This document shows, one piece after another, positions 56,777 to 64,000 of a stretch of DNA of 64,000 nucleotides. The stretch covers positions 308,326,001 to 308,390,000 of the forward strand of contig OZ024741.1 in assembly GCA_964016885.1 (NCBI GenBank), written 5' to 3'. The position numbers and the translations under genes are program-made. The notes under the pieces were generated by a model. That model was not told where the DNA came from and did not search any database. It was given only the letters and a program-made list of their open reading frames with translations. Each line of letters begins with the position of its first letter. Position 1 is the first letter of the stretch. Source of the stretch: Eledone cirrhosa. Its lineage: Eukaryota.

Positions 56777-57834
56777 TTCTTTAGAAAATGAAGTGTAGTT
56801 TTGTGGCCTATGATTGATGCCGGGTAAGTAGCTTCTATTGTCCTCTATTCAGCTGTTATTACAATTTCTGTTCAATAACCATTCCGTTATTCTTCCGGTC
56901 GTCTGCAATATCAGATTCTATATTAATTATCTCATTTCCTCGCCTTCACAACAAGGTCCTTGGCTTATTTACACAGTCAGTCTGTTGTGAACTGATGATG
57001 ATGGTGGTGGAGGTGGTGGTGATGGTGGTAGCGGTGGAGGTGGCCACGATGGTGGTTGTGGCAGTGGAGGTGGCCCCGATGGTGGGGGGGAGTGGTAATG
57101 GTGGGGGTAGCGGTGGAGGTGGCCGTGATGATGGTTGTGACAGTGGAGGTGGTGGTTGTGGCAATAAAAGGGGTGGTGGTGGTGGTTGTGGTGATGGTGG
57201 TGGTGGTGATGGTCGGGGATGGTGATTGTGGTAGAGAAGGTGGTGTTGATGGTGTATTGTGGTAATGGAAGTGGTGATAATGATGGTTGTGGAGGTGATG
57301 GTGTTGACGGGGGTGATGGTTGTGGTGGTAGTGGTGTGGACGAGGAGTGGGTAGTAGCATGGACAGTGGTGGTGTTGGTGGTGATAGTAGTAGCGTAGGG
57401 ATTGGCGATGGTGTGGTGTTAGCTGGTTGTGGCAGTGGAGGTGGTAGTATGATGGAACTGGTGTTAATGGCGGTAATACTACTTACATTGTAGTAAGCGG
57501 GGAACATGGCGTTGGTGTTGCTGATAATGGTGGTGGTGGTAGCGTAGACGTGAAGATAGTATTGGTAATGATAATGGCAAGAGGGTTTGGTGGTGTTGGT
57601 AGTGCTGGTGATTGTGGCAGTGTTGATGAATCGTATATGGCGAACTCTGACAGTCTGGATATACTGCACTCTCTCTGATGTCCAGCCTAATTTTGAACTC
57701 CTACATATACTGCAAACGTCGTCGTCGTCTTCTTCTTCTTCTTCTTCTTCTTCTTCTTCTTCTTCTTCTTCTTCTTCTTCTTCTTCTTCTTCTTCTTCTT
57801 CTTCTTCTTCTTCTTCTTCGCCCAATTATTTCTG

Positions 57835-58045
57835 AGAGTGTCGTGGGAGCAGAGTCCTCAAATACTCCTTCCAGCGGGTCCTGTCAGAAGCGACCGTCTC
57901 CAACTCATCCGGGTGGGTCCCCAAGCGAGAACAGCCAAGCTCATGGTTGTTATCCAATCATCTTGTTCGGGGTATACTTCTGGGTCTCCTGCCGGTTGGT
58001 CCTGTCAGAAGCAACCGTCTCCAACTGATTCAGCTGGATCCCCAA
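57835..58045 (-). mobile_element. RTE LINE 3' fragment with (GAA)n tail
   Basis: Minus strand RPRSIPRTR*LD...SRLGTHPDELETVASDRTRWKEYLRTLLPR, with a partial internal duplication. Confidence 0.65.
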
Positions 58046-58649
58046 AGTTGAAGTGGACAATAAATACCGTACACTTCAACATTACAGATATGAACTGCAT
58101 ATGATGTACTGTAATAGTTAAGACATATTGCACTCTCTCCAATATCCAACCTATTCTTGTACATACGTAGATCTGTTGGTGCTCACAGTAGATGCGGAAA
58201 AGGTAGTCTAGACTAGACCGTGAAAGTTGTTGTTTCTCTATTGTTGTTGTTGTTGTTGTTGGTATAGGTTCAGCATGGGCGAATGCTTATAAAGTTTACT
58301 TCACAATCATGAGGTTTCGGATTCGATCCATGGGCAACTGTTGTTTTCCTTAGCCTTTAAGTGAAATTGTGTAATCGGAATTTGTTTGGAAGTTTGTCGG
58401 AGGAGCTGTATCTATCAGACAGACACACGTTGAATGTTCCCAAGAATTACATTAAGGTTACACGGAGAATTACACTGACGAATACTCAGCCAGATGCACG
58501 AGCAAGCTATTTCCTTGACCGAACAAATGGAACATTCAATATCAAAATCGCCGAAAGCTCATTCCATGTTTACACTGTTGATTTTGATGGTTGGTGATAA
58601 TCATTGCTTTCATTTTTTTTTTTTTTCTTGAGCTGTTGATTGGAAGAGA

Positions 58650-59260
58650 TACGTTGGGTTTGGCAGTGGGTGCTACTTTAAGACTGTCATTAAAGAGCTG
58701 GTTTTCTGTGTAAGTTAAGTAGGATTAAACTAGTGCCCACAATGTCTGGAAAACAGTTGGAGGATGTTAATGTGATAGAATCTGTATATGACACTGTATG
58801 TATGTTTTGTAGATATGTAGAAAGGTCGACTAGCTAGAGATCGAAAAGAGTGGCTGAGAAGACGGAGCTCTGTGGTACATTATTCGGGAACGTACGGGTT
58901 CTTGAAATAGTTCCTTGTACACCATTACACTACATAGACGTGGTTGCCTGGCAGGTAGTTTGATAGTAAGCATTTTATGTTGCTTCTTAACTCTGAATAT
59001 CCTGTAATGATTTAGTAGAAATTACCTTAAGACTTCAATCTAAAACCTTGGTTAGTTCAAACGTTAATTGTACTTTTACTCGTTGATAGATTGTTGCGAA
59101 GATTATTTGCAGTATTAGAGTAAAGACTTCAATTTTTCACTTGATACAGTCACCGTACTGTTTTGTACTTTTCAAGAATGTTTTGCTAATGCAGTTTCAT
59201 GTCAATTAATTCAAATAGTTGTAGTATCTTTACCAGTGGACAAATCGTGGTGAAAATTTG
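58650..59260 (-). mobile_element. Highly decayed non-LTR RT fragment (Jockey/I-like)
   Basis: Minus strand ELTKVLD ... VPQSSVFSATLFDL ... VSYTDSIT, resembling DLTKAFD, GVPQGSVLSP.LF and YADD. Confidence 0.5.
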
Positions 59261-59567
59261 CAGTATTAGAGTAAGCACTTCATTTGTTAATGTGATGCAG
59301 CTACACTGCGGCTTTACATTTTTCAAGAACGTTTGGATGCGATGTCATGTGGTAAATAACGTTAATAGTTAGGGCCATGATGATTAATTCTTGTATGAAT
59401 GGATAATGAGGAATACAGTGAAAGCTTTACTATAGAAGGGTACTCATGGGAGAGTTTTCGTTGTACAATCTCTCATGCATTTTCGGTATTGAGTTGTTGA
59501 GTAGTGTGGAGGTTAAGTGTAGTGGTTTGAATTTACTTGGATTTGGAAAGGGACGGGGGGGAGGGGA

Positions 59568-59610
<43 letters not shown>

Positions 59611-60091
59611 GGAAATAGACAAAAAGATAGACGAGAGGCAGAAAGAGAGAGAAGGAGGGAGGGAGAGAGAGAGACAGAAGGACAGAGAGAGAGGGGGAGA
59701 GAGAGAGACGGAGAGAATGAGGGTTAGTAGAGTCAGGTATTAGTCTTTCTAGAAGTTTGGACGGTGAACATGGTATGAACTTCCGTCGGTTTCGACGACC
59801 ATTATTCCAGTTGTTGTATCAACAGTGTCGATAGAATAAATCCAATTAACTGAGCATTCCACAGACACGTGTATCCTTAATGTAACTCTCAGAGAGATTC
59901 AGAGTGACACAGTATGTGACCTGGTTGTCTCTTTGAGTATATACAAGGGAGGTTGGTGTGTGTCATTATCGCCATCACTACGTCCAGAACCATTACTACC
60001 GATTTTACAATGTCTCCACCACCACCGCTGCAACTACATCCACTACTAACAACACCTCTATCACCATTATCATCAGTACGATACAACTACT

Positions 60092-60131
<40 letters not shown>

Positions 60132-60216
60132 CCACCACCAGAACCATTACTGCTAATACTATCATTACTAGTACTATTACCGCTACCACTAACATTACTT
60201 TTGTACCACCATTATT

Positions 60217-60407
60217 GCGGTGGATTGGCAGTATCGGTAGAGGGTCGGGCGCCATGCTTTGAAGCATAGGGTTACCTCCCTTTATGATCTGAGTTCAAAT
60301 CCCGCCGAGGTTAACTTTGTTTTTCATCCTTACGGGGTCGATAAAATAAAGTACCAGTAATGCACTGGGCAATTGCTGGCCTCCTGCCAAAAGTAGAAAC
60401 AATTATT
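60217..60407 (+). mobile_element. tRNA-derived SINE
   Basis: Full consensus match. Confidence 0.9.
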
Positions 60408-60955
60408 ACCACTACTACTGCCACTACTAACACTGCCACTAACAGTAGTACTACCACTATCACCTCCACTAACACTACAACACACACACACTACCATTAC
60501 CACCACCTTCTCCACCACGTCCACTACCACTACTACCACCTTCTCCACTAACACTGCTACACAAACACTTCCATTAGCACTACCATTACCACTACCATTA
60601 CCACTAACACCACCACCAACACTACACTTACCACCCTACAATTACTACGACACAAACACTACCATTACCACCAACACCACTACCATAACCTCTACTACCA
60701 CCACTTACCTTCCTTCAAATACTACTACACAAACACTACCACTATCATCACCACCACCACTACCGCACTTACCATCCTACTAACAAAGTACATCTTGAAT
60801 ATTTAAAACTCTCAAATTCCTGATTTTTCAATTTGTATATTTGCATAGAGCTAAGGTTATTTGATGAAAGGACGGCGTGTGTAAACTGTACAGCATGGTT
60901 AGTAGATTTTAGACGGGGTTTTATCTTGTCTCTGTTCTTCCATTATCTCTTTCTC

Positions 60956-61015
<60 letters not shown>

Positions 61016-61129
61016 GCTCTCATTATTTCTTTCTTTCTTTCGTTCATATTCTCTCGTTCTTTCCCTGTATGCGTCTATGTATATAAATGTGTATGTATGT
61101 GTATTTATATATATATGTATGTAAATGGT

Positions 61130-61179
<50 letters not shown>

Positions 61180-61256
61180 AGTATGCAAGTATGTATTTTA
61201 TGTATATATATATATATATAGATATATATATATATATATATATATATGTATAGATA

Positions 61257-61300
<44 letters not shown>

Positions 61301-62802
61301 TATATATTATATATATTATATATATATTTACATATGATGACATATTACTTTGTAATTACGTCTATTTATCTATTATTCTACAAGTAAATCTTCTGTACAT
61401 ACATACACACATACATGCATACATACACAGATACATACATACATACACACATATATGTATACATACATACATACACACATATATGTATACATACAGACAT
61501 ACATACATACATACATACATGCATACATGCATACATGCATACATACACAGATACATACATACATACATACACACATATATGTATACATACAAACATACAC
61601 ACATACACACATACACACATACATACATACTAATATAAATATTATATGTGCATAATATGTAAATTTTTAAGAATGCTAAAGAAAACATGTACTCATATAC
61701 ACCCATTATAATTCATCCAAATTAAACAAGCATGCGTACAGCAAAAGACATATATACATACATAGATGCATACATATATACATACATATATACATATATA
61801 CATACATATATACATATATACACATACATATATACATATACATACATACATACTTACATAGATACATACACATATACATACATACCTAAACATACATACA
61901 TACATACATTCGTACATACACATACATACACATACATACACATACATACACATACATACATACATACATATATACACATACATATATATATATACACATA
62001 CATACATATATACATACACATACATACATATATGCATACACATGCATACATATATACACATACATACATACACACATACATACATACATACATACATACA
62101 TACATACATACATACATACATACATACATACATACATACATACATAGATCTATATACATATATACATATATACGCATACATACATATATGCACATACATA
62201 CATATATACACATACATACATACACACATACATACATACATACATACATACATACACACATACACACATACACACATACACACATACATACACACATACA
62301 TACATACACACATACATACATACATACATACATACATACATACATACATACATACATACATACATACATACATACATACACACATACATACATACATATA
62401 TACAGCTTCTATATGCAACCACAATAGTCACACATGTACATAGAAAACAGAGAAACACAAACATACACACATACACATACACACGCATTCACACATGCAC
62501 ACACATTCACACACATACGCACATAAGCCTAAACGCCAATGCACAGTCACAATAACAAACATACACAAACTAATACTACAACACTCTCCACTTCCCACAC
62601 AAACAAACAACCTCAGGCCGCCATTTATATGTATACATTTGTGTATGTGTATATATATGTGTTTATATATTATATATATATATATATGTGTGTGTGTGTA
62701 TGTGTGTAAATGTGTAAAGAAAGAGAGAGAGTTTTTAAATTAGAAAAGCCAACAATACTCAGTTTTTCGTGGAACCACCATATTCAATATATAGGTACAC
62801 TA

Positions 62803-62856
<54 letters not shown>

Positions 62857-63018
62857 TGTGTGTGTGGTGTATGTATACATATATACACTGGTATACATAT
62901 ATACACTGGTATATATATATACACACACAAACACACACACACACGACACACACACACACATACACAACACACACACACACACACACTCACACACATACAC
63001 ACACACACACACACACAT

Positions 63019-63071
<53 letters not shown>

Positions 63072-63741
63072 ATACGCACATGTATATCAATATCACAACC
63101 ATTGCCAACATTAGTGATGCCTTAAGCACTGCACGCAAATTGTAATAATGACGTTCCCACGACCAAAATTACAAGCAAATATCTCAATGAAACGAGAATT
63201 AAATATTTAATGTCGGAAGATGTGACTTAGTCCATTCCAGAACAATACCCATTTGTCGATCAAAAGGAATCTTTTAAAAATAACATTATCATTACTTTAT
63301 TTCTTTATATGGTGAATGTGGATATAAAATGGCGGCTCGGTCTGCGTGTAATATCAGTGCGCGTGTGTGACTGTTTTGTGGTGGTGGTGGTGGTGGTGGT
63401 GTGTGTGTGTTTGTGTGTGTTTGGTGTCCGTGCTGTTGTTGTTATTGTTGTTGTTACGTTTGTTTATTTGATTTTAGTTTCCTTGTTAGTTTTTGAAAAC
63501 AAAAACAACTATTTTTTTTTAAAAAAACAGTGTAAAATAATAGGGTGACAAGCAATAGCAGACGATAGCAACCTGAACAGTAAAGTAAACTAGTTTGTAG
63601 TAGTAGAAGTTGTTGTAGTTGTTGTAGTAATAGTTGTACTTTGGTTTTAGATGTAATAAATTATTGTATTAGTTGTATTAAACAACACTTTAGCTATATC
63701 GATAGTAATGCTACCACTACTACTACTACCACCACCACCAT

Positions 63742-63782
<41 letters not shown>

Positions 63783-63972
63783 TAGGCACAAGGCCAGTAA
63801 TTTGGAGGAGGGGAAAATTGATTAAATCTACCACAGTACGTTACTAGTGCTTTATTTTATCGACCCCGTAAGGCAAAGTTAACATCGACGTGATTTTAAC
63901 TCAGAACGTAAAGGGCCATAACTCTATGCTGCAAAGCATGGTGTCCAACGACCTACCGATACTGCCGATCCG
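63783..63972 (-). mobile_element. tRNA-derived SINE
   Basis: Reverse-complement consensus match with a small internal deletion. Confidence 0.85.
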
Positions 63973-64000
63973 ATGGTTTCATTTATTGGTCACAAGTGCC

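Overview
This is repeat-saturated animal DNA, probably intronic or intergenic. The SINE families and the very high (TA)n/(CA)n/(TACA)n content suggest an octopus or other coleoid cephalopod (inference). I can support no host protein-coding exon, and almost all listed ORFs are microsatellite translations. The window holds a near-full-length but frameshifted Neptune-type Penelope-like element (PLE; 35342-39167), further PLE remnants, a 5'-truncated Tx1/L1-group LINE, RTE, CRE-like and Jockey/I-like fragments, a maT/Tc1-mariner relic, hAT and mariner MITEs, a probable Helitron, about 20 tRNA-derived SINEs and a 27-bp minisatellite. About ten canonical minimal type I hammerhead ribozyme (HHR) motifs sit in short inserts within (TA)n tracts, as do four fold-back palindromes. 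The most unusual observation is four copies (three distinct sequences) of a motif with all hammerhead core elements (NUH, GAAA, CUGANGA, stems I and III) in reversed, pseudoknotted order, with conserved spacing and covarying stems. Two of these copies lie in the terminal direct repeats of a non-coding, retrozyme-like unit of 768 bp.
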